NCBI GenBank assembly: GCA_964598565.1
Contig: CAZRCG010000010.1
Span: 25,188 to 89,187 of the forward strand
Source of the DNA: an uncultured Bacteriovoracaceae bacterium
GTDB lineage: Bacteria; Bdellovibrionota; UBA2394
DNA length: 64,000 bases
Direction: 5' to 3'
Positions 30,405-39,123 of this stretch are shown here, piece by piece (within the stretch, counting starts at the first letter, position 1; every line of letters starts with the position of its first letter). A model generated the notes under the pieces. That model saw only the letters and a list, made by a program, of their open reading frames with translations. It ran no database searches and was not told where the DNA came from. The position numbers and the translations under genes were made by a program.

Positions 30405-31457
30405 ATGAACACTTTGATGCGCAAAACACGAAACCTAGAGTCTGCAAATATTGCAGAGATAAGTCGGCAGGGTGATATAAATCGTACCAAGTCGAGGGTC
30501 TTACTGTCGGAACTTCAGCACTTTCATTGGAGCGGTACCGTGGAGCTGAGATCGGGTGAACGTCTCAAACGTCTTCATCTGGTGAAGGGCAGGGTGGTTC
30601 GAATTCAGTCCAATCTCTCCTCAGAACTCTATGGATCTATTTTAGAGACTCATCTCGCTGTACCCCGAGCCGATCTTGACGAAGCCCTTCGTCTTCAGCG
30701 TGAACTCTTTCCCAATATGAAAGTTGGGGATATTCTGAAAAATCATCTGTCAGAACGTCGACCTAAGTTGACTGAGCTACTCTCTGACGAGGGTTTGAAG
30801 CTTGCCGAGCGTCTGCAGTTTGTGAATAGCTTGATTCAGGCGCTTACCTGGGTGAGCGGATCATTTCTTTTAAATCCCGCCAAAGCAAAAGAAGCGGGTG
30901 ATTCGGCCCTATGTTCCATCGATATTTCGGAGGCCTTAAATGACTTGCTCGATTTTCAGACTCGAGAGTCGTTGGCCGTTTTTTCATCTCTCCCTCTATG
31001 GCCTGAGCAGGTGGGACAGGTCGCACTGAGCCGCTATGCCTTGTGGAATATCTTGGCGAGCCTTCGAACTCGATCGCTTAGTGGAGTGTTATTGATTCGA
31101 AAAGATCAGAAACTCTACGAGATTGTTGTGAAGCAGGGTTTGCCTATGATTCTGTATGAAGGGACCTTTGCGAAACCTAGACAATCGATTGTTGTGCGGC
31201 ACGCTGGGCAAGACCACGAAGAGTTTTTTCAAGATCAAATATTTCACCTTTTAAGTTTTACGACGGGATCAGCCTACTTTCGTTCGTTCGATAGTTCATC
31301 CGGTGGTGGTGCGGTGGTGCCGGCTTCCATGGAGATCGTCGAATCCACGGCCATTTTACCTGAGGCCGAACTGAGTATTGACGAAGTATCAAGCGTACAA
31401 GGGCTTGTGCCCCAGTGGCGAAAGAATCTTCTTCGATTATTCTCCTGGCGACGTTAA
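30405..31457 (+). CDS. Hypothetical protein, possibly with an N-terminal DUF4388-like domain
   Basis: 350 aa. An N-terminal GDI..sr..LsELq....sGtvel..g...k.l.l.~G.vv pattern. No catalytic motifs seen. Confidence 0.4.
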   Translation: MNTLMRKTRNLESANIAEISRQGDINRTKSRVLLSELQHFHWSGTVELRSGERLKRLHLVKGRVVRIQSNLSSELYGSILETHLAVPRADLDEALRLQRELFPNMKVGDILKNHLSERRPKLTELLSDEGLKLAERLQFVNSLIQALTWVSGSFLLNPAKAKEAGDSALCSIDISEALNDLLDFQTRESLAVFSSLPLWPEQVGQVALSRYALWNILASLRTRSLSGVLLIRKDQKLYEIVVKQGLPMILYEGTFAKPRQSIVVRHAGQDHEEFFQDQIFHLLSFTTGSAYFRSFDSSSGGGAVVPASMEIVESTAILPEAELSIDEVSSVQGLVPQWRKNLLRLFSWRR

Positions 31458-32411
31458 ACCTTTATGCTTTGAGCGGTAGGGTGCAGCCATAAAACGAGCA
31501 TTGGCTTTCATATAGTCTCTCAATTTTTCCAAGACTCGAGCTTCAATCTGTCGTACTCGCTCTCTGGTGATGGAATAGGTCTCGCCAATTTCTTGAAGCG
31601 TTTTTGGGCTTTCCGCTCTCAAACGTTCTCGAAATATGAGCAGTTCTTTACCTGCCAACGAGCGTTCAAAAGTATTCAGTCGTTCAATGAACTCGCCGCG
31701 AATTTCTCGATCAGCGAGAGCATCATCGATATCTTGCGAGGGATCTCGCAAGATCTGGAGTAGGGAATTTCCTTCAGAAGAGTCGCTTTGCAGGGGGGAA
31801 TTTAATGAGACATCTCGTCCTGACAAGCGCTGGGACATCTCGACGACTTCTCTTTCTTTGACCTGAAGTCGGTCAGCCAGCAACTTGGGTTCTGGGCTCA
31901 ATCCTTGCGCCTCAAGTCGATTTTTCTCTTTCTGAAGTCGATAAAATAATGAGCGCTGCGCTTTGGTGGTGCCTACCTTAACGAGCGAGAAATTTTTCAG
32001 AACGAAGGCCCGTATATAAGCCTTGATCCAATAGCTGGCGTACGACGAAAGTTTGGCACCTTTCTCAGGATCAAATTCTTTAACCGCTTGAAGCAAGCCG
32101 ACATTGCCCTCTTGAATAAGATCGAGAAGATGAATGCCAGTTCGAGAATATTCGTAAGCAATTTTTACAACGAGCCTAAGATTGGCCAGTATGAGAATTT
32201 TGGCTTTCTGAGGGTCGTGATCAACGAGGTACCCTTCGGCGATCTCGCGCTCTTTTTCAGGGCTGAGCAGGGGATAGTCTTTGATGCTTTGAAGGTAGAG
32301 CTGAAGGGCTTCTGTTTTAGACGGAACGATGGCGCTAGGCGCTAAAGGCACTGGAAAAGCAGAGTCGGCCTTCGATGTTTCCGTGCTGACTTTCTTCGAC
32401 CGCGGCGCCAT
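31437..32411 (-). CDS. rpoH: RNA polymerase sigma-32 factor RpoH
   Basis: DLIQEGNVGLLQAVKEFDPEKGAKLSSYASYWIKAYIRAFVLKNFSLVKVGTTKAQRSLFYRLQKEK is near-collinear with the E. coli RpoH region 2 plus the RpoH box (QRKLFFNLR). About 25-aa N-terminal extension. Confidence 0.85.
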   Translation of the reverse strand: MAPRSKKVSTETSKADSAFPVPLAPSAIVPSKTEALQLYLQSIKDYPLLSPEKEREIAEGYLVDHDPQKAKILILANLRLVVKIAYEYSRTGIHLLDLIQEGNVGLLQAVKEFDPEKGAKLSSYASYWIKAYIRAFVLKNFSLVKVGTTKAQRSLFYRLQKEKNRLEAQGLSPEPKLLADRLQVKEREVVEMSQRLSGRDVSLNSPLQSDSSEGNSLLQILRDPSQDIDDALADREIRGEFIERLNTFERSLAGKELLIFRERLRAESPKTLQEIGETYSITRERVRQIEARVLEKLRDYMKANARFMAAPYRSKHKGLTSPGE

Positions 32412-32420
32412 GATAAAAAC

Positions 32421-33110
32421 CTACCTTGCAGCAGCCTGCTGAGCAAGATATCGGCTTATCGATTGTTCTCTCTCGGCTGGCGATGGCCAGGTGGCGAGAA
32501 GCGACGGCCCTAGCATGGACAATCCAGCCCACCACGAGCCGCCTATTCTGTTCTGTGTCGTTTCCTTAAGTCGCTCAATAACGGTTTGCCACGCTGCAGC
32601 ATCCCCGAGTGCTAATACCGTCTCGCGGTCACTTGCTCGAATCTGTGGTTTAAAAAAAAGCCGTTCGAGGGGGGAGGAATAAAAATCGACAAAGCCCAGC
32701 CACAACAAAAGAGCCTCCTGCTCGCGAGTGGTCAAACCCTGCCAAACATAAGAGCACGCGTAAACATAAAAGTTCTTGCCTCGTCTTAATCCAACAATAT
32801 CGGCTCCCGTAGAATTGGCACCCGTTCTGTCGCTGCCGACCATGGCTCCTACAGTGCTCGCATCAGTCCTAACGCTGCCGCCCATCGTGGCACCCATAGC
32901 ATTAGCATCCTTCCTGCTGCTGCCGCCCATCGTGGCCGATGTATTCTTAAAAAAATAGAGATTCACATGGTATCGAAATCGGGCCTCGAATCGAAGGCTC
33001 GCCTCACCGGCCGAAGAGGTCGCGCCTTCAGAGCGCAGCTGAAGTAATAAAATGATGATCGAGGGCGCAAACCAAAGTGCCGCGAGCAGCGCTACTATGA
33101 GCCAAAGCAT
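32421..33110 (-). CDS. Hypothetical membrane-anchored protein with internal 14-15-aa repeats, co-transcribed upstream of rpoH
   Basis: N-terminal TM MLWLIVALLAALWFAPSIIILLL. Repeats ATMGGSSRKDANAMG / ATMGGSVRTDASTVG / AMVGSDRTGANSTG. Its stop lies 9 nt before the rpoH start. Confidence 0.55.
   Translation of the reverse strand: MLWLIVALLAALWFAPSIIILLLQLRSEGATSSAGEASLRFEARFRYHVNLYFFKNTSATMGGSSRKDANAMGATMGGSVRTDASTVGAMVGSDRTGANSTGADIVGLRRGKNFYVYACSYVWQGLTTREQEALLLWLGFVDFYSSPLERLFFKPQIRASDRETVLALGDAAAWQTVIERLKETTQNRIGGSWWAGLSMLGPSLLATWPSPAEREQSISRYLAQQAAAR
32820..32940. repeat. Imperfect tandem repeat, about 42-nt period, inside the CDS 32421-33110
   Basis: CGCTGCCGCCCATCGTGGC is repeated at 32871-32889 and 32913-32931. 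Related flanking copies encode the peptide repeats. Confidence 0.5.
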
Positions 33111-33184
33111 AAGCGTATCTTTGATGGCTTTTCGTTAAATGGCAAGACTTGGGGTATCTTTCACGGGAGGTGGACCACCCCAGC

Positions 33185-34213
33185 TTAGAGCGTAACGTAG
33201 ATCTCTATTTTTTTTGGGCCGTAAAACTGAATCGCCATCAAGCGATTGTGTTCAGAACACAGCACCCTCATATTATCTGTATCGGTTTTGCCCCCTGCCG
33301 CCAACGGCTTGCAATGTTCAAACTCCAACCTGAAGCGACTCTCACATCGACGATGGCTCAGCCGATCTTTATATTCACATCGACCTCCCGCTCGTTCCCA
33401 CACAGTATGTCGAATCGCCTTTGGTATATAGCGGGATTGGGATTGAATCTGGGATTGGGGCTGAGAGAGAGCTACTTGCTGAGAGGTTGAAGCACGCCCT
33501 ATCTGGGACGGGGGTGCCTCTTGATTGCCGGCGTAAGTTTCGCCCGTCGTGACTGCGGCCGGAAAAGGTGAATTTTGAGGAAATGGCTCTCTGGATGCCT
33601 TATAACTGACCTCATCTTCAGATTTACGTTTCACCGTATTCTTGTCTTTGGCCTCCTTAAGCAAGCGCTTTACTCCCGCTTCAAAAACCTCCGACAGGGC
33701 GATAGATTTTATGGCCCTTAGCTCATCCAATAAATCACTGACCTCTTTCGATACTACAAACTTTAGTTCTCGAAGTTCAGCGGATAGGAGTCTCTCTTTA
33801 TCTTTAGGTTTCTCAACAGGCTGTTCACTCTGCGCCACCAAAACCACTTCCACTTCTCGTTTCGATTTATGCTTACACTGAGCAATGAGCTTGCTGGTTT
33901 TCTCTGATTGCCATTTGGTTGGGCTGACTTTTGATTCTTGATAAAGAAAGCGATTGATCTGAGCTGCCGTAGTCATCGAAAGCTCACCCTCTTCGATATG
34001 TTTTTTTACTTCAGGCGCTTTCTTAAGGAGGCGCATGGCGTGAATGCGTTCTGAGGCTTGCGACTCACTATAGTGGAGTTCTTTGACCACAAACTCCCAC
34101 AGTGAACTGTAAGCTCTCACGCTGTAGAGCCTTCTTGATTCCACTTCGGCCTGGTTCTTATATACGTTGACATCGTAGAGGTGTGTTAGAAGCGAAGCGT
34201 CGAAGCATCTCAT
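33185..34213 (-). CDS. HNH endonuclease with an N-terminal DUF222-like domain (13E12-repeat-type HNH protein)
   Basis: C-terminal RHTVWERAGGRCEY...HRRCESRFRLEFEHCKPLAAGGKTDTDNMRVLCSEHNR is a classic HNH motif. The N-terminus SLWEFVVKELHYSESQASERIHAMRLL resembles DUF222. Start uncertain (M34213, or upstream to 34285). Confidence 0.65.
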   Translation of the reverse strand: MRCFDASLLTHLYDVNVYKNQAEVESRRLYSVRAYSSLWEFVVKELHYSESQASERIHAMRLLKKAPEVKKHIEEGELSMTTAAQINRFLYQESKVSPTKWQSEKTSKLIAQCKHKSKREVEVVLVAQSEQPVEKPKDKERLLSAELRELKFVVSKEVSDLLDELRAIKSIALSEVFEAGVKRLLKEAKDKNTVKRKSEDEVSYKASREPFPQNSPFPAAVTTGETYAGNQEAPPSQIGRASTSQQVALSQPQSQIQSQSRYIPKAIRHTVWERAGGRCEYKDRLSHRRCESRFRLEFEHCKPLAAGGKTDTDNMRVLCSEHNRLMAIQFYGPKKIEIYVTL

Positions 34214-34390
34214 TGCGGTAGCCCTCGCTCGCAGTATTGCGGCGCAATATCTCATTTTCATCAGCCCTCGTCCTGAGCATCTCACTACAGCCGCCCGCGC
34301 CCTCCGAATAATCTCATTCCTTCTTCAGCCTCTCTCGTGTCTGAATTGTTACCAAACGGTTCACGAACAATCTCATTCCTTCTTCGGCCT
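34204..34390. repeat. Cluster of degenerate direct repeats (core AATCTCATTCCTTCTTC(A/G)GCC, sub-core ATCTCAT) in the 5' region of the HNH gene
   Basis: Near-identical 24-mers at 34307-34330 and 34367-34390. Weaker copies at 34246-34262 and 34204-34214. Spacing is about 60 nt. Confidence 0.45.
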
Positions 34391-34861
34391 GACTCGCTCT
34401 CGTTCGAGCATCTCGTATAAGGCCTGGCATTCTTCTCGCCATAGGCTGGCCCTCCAACGGTGAGTAAAGAGCTCAGCCCAATGCGGATTCTCACTGAGAG
34501 GATTCTCAAGAATATCAGCCTCTAGAAGATTGAGACGCTCGACTAGAAGGGCCTGCAAGCTATTATCGGTCGTTGATGGAGTCAGATTCTTTCTGCAGTA
34601 TGAAATTAGGCGAAGACAGCGTTCGTCATCGAGTCGTTCATTCCATTCAAAGAGTTCATCCCAGTCGTACCAGTGATAGTTGCGTTTGGCGTTCTCTGCA
34701 AGATCAGGCGAAGGCTCTTGCCTGGTGGTGATTTGAAACTCCAGAAGGCGGCGCTGTCTTGAGTCTTGGTAGCGGCAATCAAAGTCGGTTCGAATGGCCG
34801 TCGCTACCAATTCGAGCCGTTCCAAAAAAAATGATGGAATGAATGAGAGGGCCAGTTCCAT
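34373..34861 (-). CDS. Hypothetical protein coupled to the AAA ATPase
   Basis: 162 aa starting 5 nt after the AAA gene stop. W/E-rich (WYDWDELFEWNERLDDE). No known domain recognised. Confidence 0.5.
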   Translation of the reverse strand: MELALSFIPSFFLERLELVATAIRTDFDCRYQDSRQRRLLEFQITTRQEPSPDLAENAKRNYHWYDWDELFEWNERLDDERCLRLISYCRKNLTPSTTDNSLQALLVERLNLLEADILENPLSENPHWAELFTHRWRASLWREECQALYEMLERERVRPKKE

Positions 34862-34866
34862 GGTGT

Positions 34867-36363
34867 TTAGGTCCGCGACGCCTTAACCGCGCGGGTATCG
34901 GCCCAACGCTTAATCTCTTTGATTTGCTCTGCCATCGTCGTCGCTAAAGGCACCATGCGCCCAGCAGCTTTAAAAAGATCTTCCATCGCGAGAGGGCGCT
35001 TATTATCTTTGTAAGCGAGTACGAGTCCAGACACGACCACCTGTTCACACTCGGCTCCGTTGAAGTTGTTCGTGGCCTTTGAAAGCTCCACCAAATTGAA
35101 CTTCGAAGTGTCGAGGTCTCTCTTCTTAAGATGAACACTAAAAATCTGCTGTCGCTCTTTCTCAGAAGGAAGATCAACAAAAAAGATTTCGTCGAAGCGC
35201 CCTTTTCTTAGAAGCTCGGGCGGCAGACGATTAATTTCGTTGGCCGTGGCCGCCACGAAGACAGGCGTGGTATGCTCTTGCAGCCACGTAAGAAACGAGG
35301 AAAAGATACGCGCTGTTACGCCTTTGTCGCCTTGATCATATCCGGCGACTCCCTTTTCAATTTCTTCCAACCAAAGAATGGCGGGTGATACCGCTTCAAT
35401 TTGTTGGATGGCCCTACGAAAACTCTCTTCAGGAGTTCCAAGAACGCCACCATACAATCGATTCATATCAAGCTTGTAGAGAGGTAGGTCCCATGACGCC
35501 GCAATGGCTTGGGTGCAAAGGCTTTTTCCGCAACCGCTAATCCCCGTCATGAGAATACCTTTTGGCATTCTAAGACCTGCCGCTTGAGCTTCTTTTGAAA
35601 AAAAGTCTGATCGATCGCGAAGCCAATCTTTGAGGTTCTCGAGCCCTCCGATATCTTCCAGATCATACTTCGTCGGAACAAATTCTAAAACGCCATCGCG
35701 GCGAATAATGCGAGATTTCTCTTCAAAGATCGTCAACAGCGCGTCGCTCGTCAGTTCGCTCTTGCCGACGAGCATCTTTTGAAAAATGAGCTTGGCTTCA
35801 TCGAGTGTTAGGCCCAAGGCGCCCTTCAGCAATTTCATACGCTGTTCTTCGTTTAGCTGCACCTTCAACTTAGGCAGCGATTTAAGTACGCTTTCAAAAA
35901 TCGTTTGTAAATCACTCTCATCTGGCAGAGAAAACTCCACCGTAATCAGTTCCTTCATCAAGTCGTCTGGAATTTCGGCTCTTGGTGAAATAAGAAAGAG
36001 GGTTTTGAATTTATTCTTATTGAGTTGAAAGACATCACGAATCAAGCGCTTGAGCAGAGACATGGGTGCTAGAGACCATGAAAAATCTTTCACCACAAAG
36101 AGCTGGGGTGTTGGGTCGTTGAGAAATTTTTCGAGAGCTTCTTCAAGAGGTACTTTTTTTCCGTCTCCAAACCCTCTCGTTTGTGACCAAACAGAAAATC
36201 CTACCGGTTGACTGAAGCCCGACTGCGATAGTTTCTTAAGAGCTTGTTCGACGCGCTCTTCTTCCCAGCTTTCAATCCAGACGAGGGGATACTTCGAGGC
36301 CACGAGCCGCTTGATTTCGTCATAGCTATTTCTTCGGAACGATTTTAGTTCGAGCTTCGCCAT
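34867..36363 (-). CDS. Classic-clade AAA+ ATPase with an about 250-aa N-terminal domain (Ycf46-like family)
   Basis: Walker A GISGCGKS, Walker B ILWLEEIEK, and second region of homology ATANEINRLPPELLRKGRFDEIFFVDLP. Confidence 0.8.
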   Translation of the reverse strand: MAKLELKSFRRNSYDEIKRLVASKYPLVWIESWEEERVEQALKKLSQSGFSQPVGFSVWSQTRGFGDGKKVPLEEALEKFLNDPTPQLFVVKDFSWSLAPMSLLKRLIRDVFQLNKNKFKTLFLISPRAEIPDDLMKELITVEFSLPDESDLQTIFESVLKSLPKLKVQLNEEQRMKLLKGALGLTLDEAKLIFQKMLVGKSELTSDALLTIFEEKSRIIRRDGVLEFVPTKYDLEDIGGLENLKDWLRDRSDFFSKEAQAAGLRMPKGILMTGISGCGKSLCTQAIAASWDLPLYKLDMNRLYGGVLGTPEESFRRAIQQIEAVSPAILWLEEIEKGVAGYDQGDKGVTARIFSSFLTWLQEHTTPVFVAATANEINRLPPELLRKGRFDEIFFVDLPSEKERQQIFSVHLKKRDLDTSKFNLVELSKATNNFNGAECEQVVVSGLVLAYKDNKRPLAMEDLFKAAGRMVPLATTMAEQIKEIKRWADTRAVKASRT

Positions 36364-36401
36364 GGATCTCTCCCGTAGCGAGGTCCTCCCCTGAGGAGCC
36401 T

Positions 36402-37142
36402 CTAGTTGTAGAGTCTCTTCGAATCGCTTTTAACGACTCTCAGTCGTTTTCGCATTCGTTGATAACGCCACTTGTCTAAACTGTTTTTAATCCACTGAAG
36501 CCCACTTTTACCGCGGCCTGATGGAGGTCGACGTGCCAGCACATAGCCCACCACAGCGCCCGATAAATGAGCGATGGTCGATATAGCCGATGTCTGACCT
36601 GGAGCTTGTGCACTCCACAGAGCGTAAAATTCGATGGCCACCATGATATATGCAAAATATTTCATTTTCATCGGAAAGACAAAAAAGAACAAAACCACTT
36701 GGTGTGGCATGACAACCGATACGCCCATGATACAGGCGAAGACAATGCCAGAGGCTCCGATCGTGGGGAGTCGATAGGTATCGGCATCGATTAATCCAAA
36801 GAGGCAAACGCAGAGACCTGTCAGAAGACCCGACCACAGACAAAACGATCGAAAGCGTGAAGTCCCCCAAAGATCTTGTAACATACTTCCGAACATCCAC
36901 AGGCCCAGAGCATTAAACAATAAATGCATCAGACCGCCATGAAGAAAAACCCAGGTGATCAATTGCCATACGGCCCCTTGAAAAACTAAAGAGGGGTTTA
37001 AGCCAAAAGTTTCAAGAAACCATCGGTACGACTGGGGTTCCGCCCAAGGGCCACCTTGAAGAGCCTGTTGAATGAGAAAGACAATGCTGCAGGCAATGGT
37101 AAACCCTTTGATAAGACCACGAAAGCGAGGAAGATACATCAT
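36402..37142 (-). CDS. Rhomboid-family intramembrane serine protease
   Basis: 6-7 TM helices. GASGIVFA (Ser) and HLSGAVVGY (His) are the rhomboid catalytic dyad motifs. Confidence 0.8.
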   Translation of the reverse strand: MMYLPRFRGLIKGFTIACSIVFLIQQALQGGPWAEPQSYRWFLETFGLNPSLVFQGAVWQLITWVFLHGGLMHLLFNALGLWMFGSMLQDLWGTSRFRSFCLWSGLLTGLCVCLFGLIDADTYRLPTIGASGIVFACIMGVSVVMPHQVVLFFFVFPMKMKYFAYIMVAIEFYALWSAQAPGQTSAISTIAHLSGAVVGYVLARRPPSGRGKSGLQWIKNSLDKWRYQRMRKRLRVVKSDSKRLYN

Positions 37143-39037
37143 GGGCGCTTTAATCCTTCTATAAAGCTTTTATCGTGACTACCTGAAAGAAGCGAGGCTT
37201 CATCTTCAAGAGAGGTCTGGCGTAACATTTCTAAGATTTCATTCGCATTAATGAATCGGTCGTCCGGCTTTTTTTGAAGACATTTTAATATGATGATTTC
37301 CATTAATTCTGGAATATCCGATTTGATCGAACGAGGCGAGGGAGGAGGCGTATGAAGATGATGATAGCCTGGATTTTCCATAGGAAAAGGTACTTGACCT
37401 GTGAGCATCTCAAAAAGGCATACGCCAAATGAGTAAATATCGGTTCGATGATCAATAGGAGCCCCTTCGACTTGTTCCGGTGACATAAAATAGGGCGTAC
37501 CTCCAATAATTGACTGCTCTGAATGGAGTTGATTCACAACCCGTGCCAATCCAAAATCCATGAGTTTTATAATCTTTGAATCGGTCAGCATCATGTTATT
37601 GGTGGTGATATCTCGATGAATCACCTTTTTTGAGTGGGCATAGGCCAGCGCTTTGAGAACTTGCTTTGCGAGAATGGTCGTGGTCGAAAGTCGAAAATGG
37701 CCCTTTTTCTTCAGTAACTCTCGGATGGTTTTTCCTTCAATAAACTCCATCGATATATAGTAGTTGCCGTCTTCAATGCCAGCGTCGAAGACGGTGACAA
37801 TATGAAGATGGTTGAGAGCGGCTAAACTTTTAGCTTCTCGCAGAAATGTTTCCACTATTTTTTCGTCATGCTTAAAATGGGAATTTAGAATTTTCAACGC
37901 GACCTCTCGGCCTAAGATTCGATCGCGTGATCGATAGACAATCCCCATGCCTCCGCGGCCAATTTCTTCAATGCGCTCATATCGATGCCGGCCACGATCT
38001 TGCTGACTGAAGGCGGGAAAGCCCTCTTTTCGTTCGCGCGTCTTGTTCGCTTTCTTCACGTGCTCTTTGAGTCGAACAAGGTGAGTGCTGACCTGTTTAA
38101 AAAGGGGGTTTTCTCCAGCGATGCGTTCAAAAAGTTTTAGAGCGTCTTCGCTGCGATGGGATTTTTCAAACGAAAGGCCGAGGTAGTATAAAATATTTAA
38201 AATGGTATCGTCGACGATGGCGTCGGGGTCTTCGCACCAGTGGTCATAGGCCTTCTGTAGATGTTGAGCCGCCTTCTTGAAGTTTCGTTTCTTCATGAAA
38301 GCTTTGCCGAGAACGAGTTTGGCATTCTGAAACTGAGGGTCTTGCGCACCCACCCGCTCCAGAAGATCGATCGCTTGATTCATATGTCCTGACTTTAAAA
38401 GTGAAAGAGAAGCTTGGTAGGGATCATCATGTTTTAAGTGAAAGTCGAAGTCATTATTTTCGGACGACGTAAGTAAAGCGTTTTTAATCGAGGTCGGGGT
38501 AAAAAGTCGAAACTGAATTTCAGGATAGGTCTTCTGAAGTTCTTCATAGAGAGTGACATTCTGTTCGTAAGCCTCTCGATGCACCAAGACACTTGAGAGA
38601 CTTCGGGTCTCTTCAAGATACGATTTAAGCTCTTCAAGCTGACCGAAGAGCTGAGGAACCGACTCGCTCAAAAGATGAAGCGCCTTGCGGCGCTCTTCTT
38701 TCGGATCCACTAAGCCCCATCGTTCCCCTTGAGCTTCGATTTCCGATTTCAAAGAAGTCAAAAGAAGCTCGAAGTGGGCGAGGCTAATTTTATAACCAGA
38801 AAGAAATGTCCAACGCTTTCGCTTTTTAAGATCTTCTAGTTCGCTCTCACTTGTTTGATCCACAAAGGCGAAACTTAGAATTCCAATATGGGGATCCAGT
38901 CGCAGTGGCAAGATCCGATTGCGCGTGCAAAAATCAAGAGAGAGGCTTTCGACCAAATCTCGTGGAATTTTGATCTGCGATAGATCTTCGAGTGTCAGCT
39001 CAGGCGCGACACCTAGCGATAGTACAGACTGACCCAA
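37139..39037 (-). CDS. Ser/Thr protein kinase with an N-terminal T2SSE_N/MshEN-like domain and TPR repeats
   Basis: C-terminal Hanks kinase: GRGGMGIVY, VALKIL, HRDITTNNMML, DFGLAR, GTPYFMSPE. The N-terminus LEDLSQIKIPRDLVESLSLDFCTRNRILPLRLDPHIGILSFAFVD is MshEN-like. Central TPR-like repeats. Overlaps the rhomboid gene by 4 nt. Confidence 0.85.
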   Translation of the reverse strand: MGQSVLSLGVAPELTLEDLSQIKIPRDLVESLSLDFCTRNRILPLRLDPHIGILSFAFVDQTSESELEDLKKRKRWTFLSGYKISLAHFELLLTSLKSEIEAQGERWGLVDPKEERRKALHLLSESVPQLFGQLEELKSYLEETRSLSSVLVHREAYEQNVTLYEELQKTYPEIQFRLFTPTSIKNALLTSSENNDFDFHLKHDDPYQASLSLLKSGHMNQAIDLLERVGAQDPQFQNAKLVLGKAFMKKRNFKKAAQHLQKAYDHWCEDPDAIVDDTILNILYYLGLSFEKSHRSEDALKLFERIAGENPLFKQVSTHLVRLKEHVKKANKTRERKEGFPAFSQQDRGRHRYERIEEIGRGGMGIVYRSRDRILGREVALKILNSHFKHDEKIVETFLREAKSLAALNHLHIVTVFDAGIEDGNYYISMEFIEGKTIRELLKKKGHFRLSTTTILAKQVLKALAYAHSKKVIHRDITTNNMMLTDSKIIKLMDFGLARVVNQLHSEQSIIGGTPYFMSPEQVEGAPIDHRTDIYSFGVCLFEMLTGQVPFPMENPGYHHLHTPPPSPRSIKSDIPELMEIIILKCLQKKPDDRFINANEILEMLRQTSLEDEASLLSGSHDKSFIEGLKRP

Positions 39038-39123
39038 AGGAACCCCCCAAAGCCTATTATAGGCGAAAAGAACGCTGGTGCAGTGCGTCGAGCCAAGATG
39101 GTCTCGTTAACGACTTGGCCAAA

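Noticed and set aside
33149-33490. 113-aa plus-strand ORF antisense to the HNH gene
   Set aside because: It is a shadow ORF with no RBS.
34285-34509. 74-aa minus-strand ORF over the repeat cluster
   Set aside because: Its sequence is a translation of the direct repeats (RNEIVR/EEGMRL). It is low-complexity, has no RBS, and overlaps the 162-aa gene.
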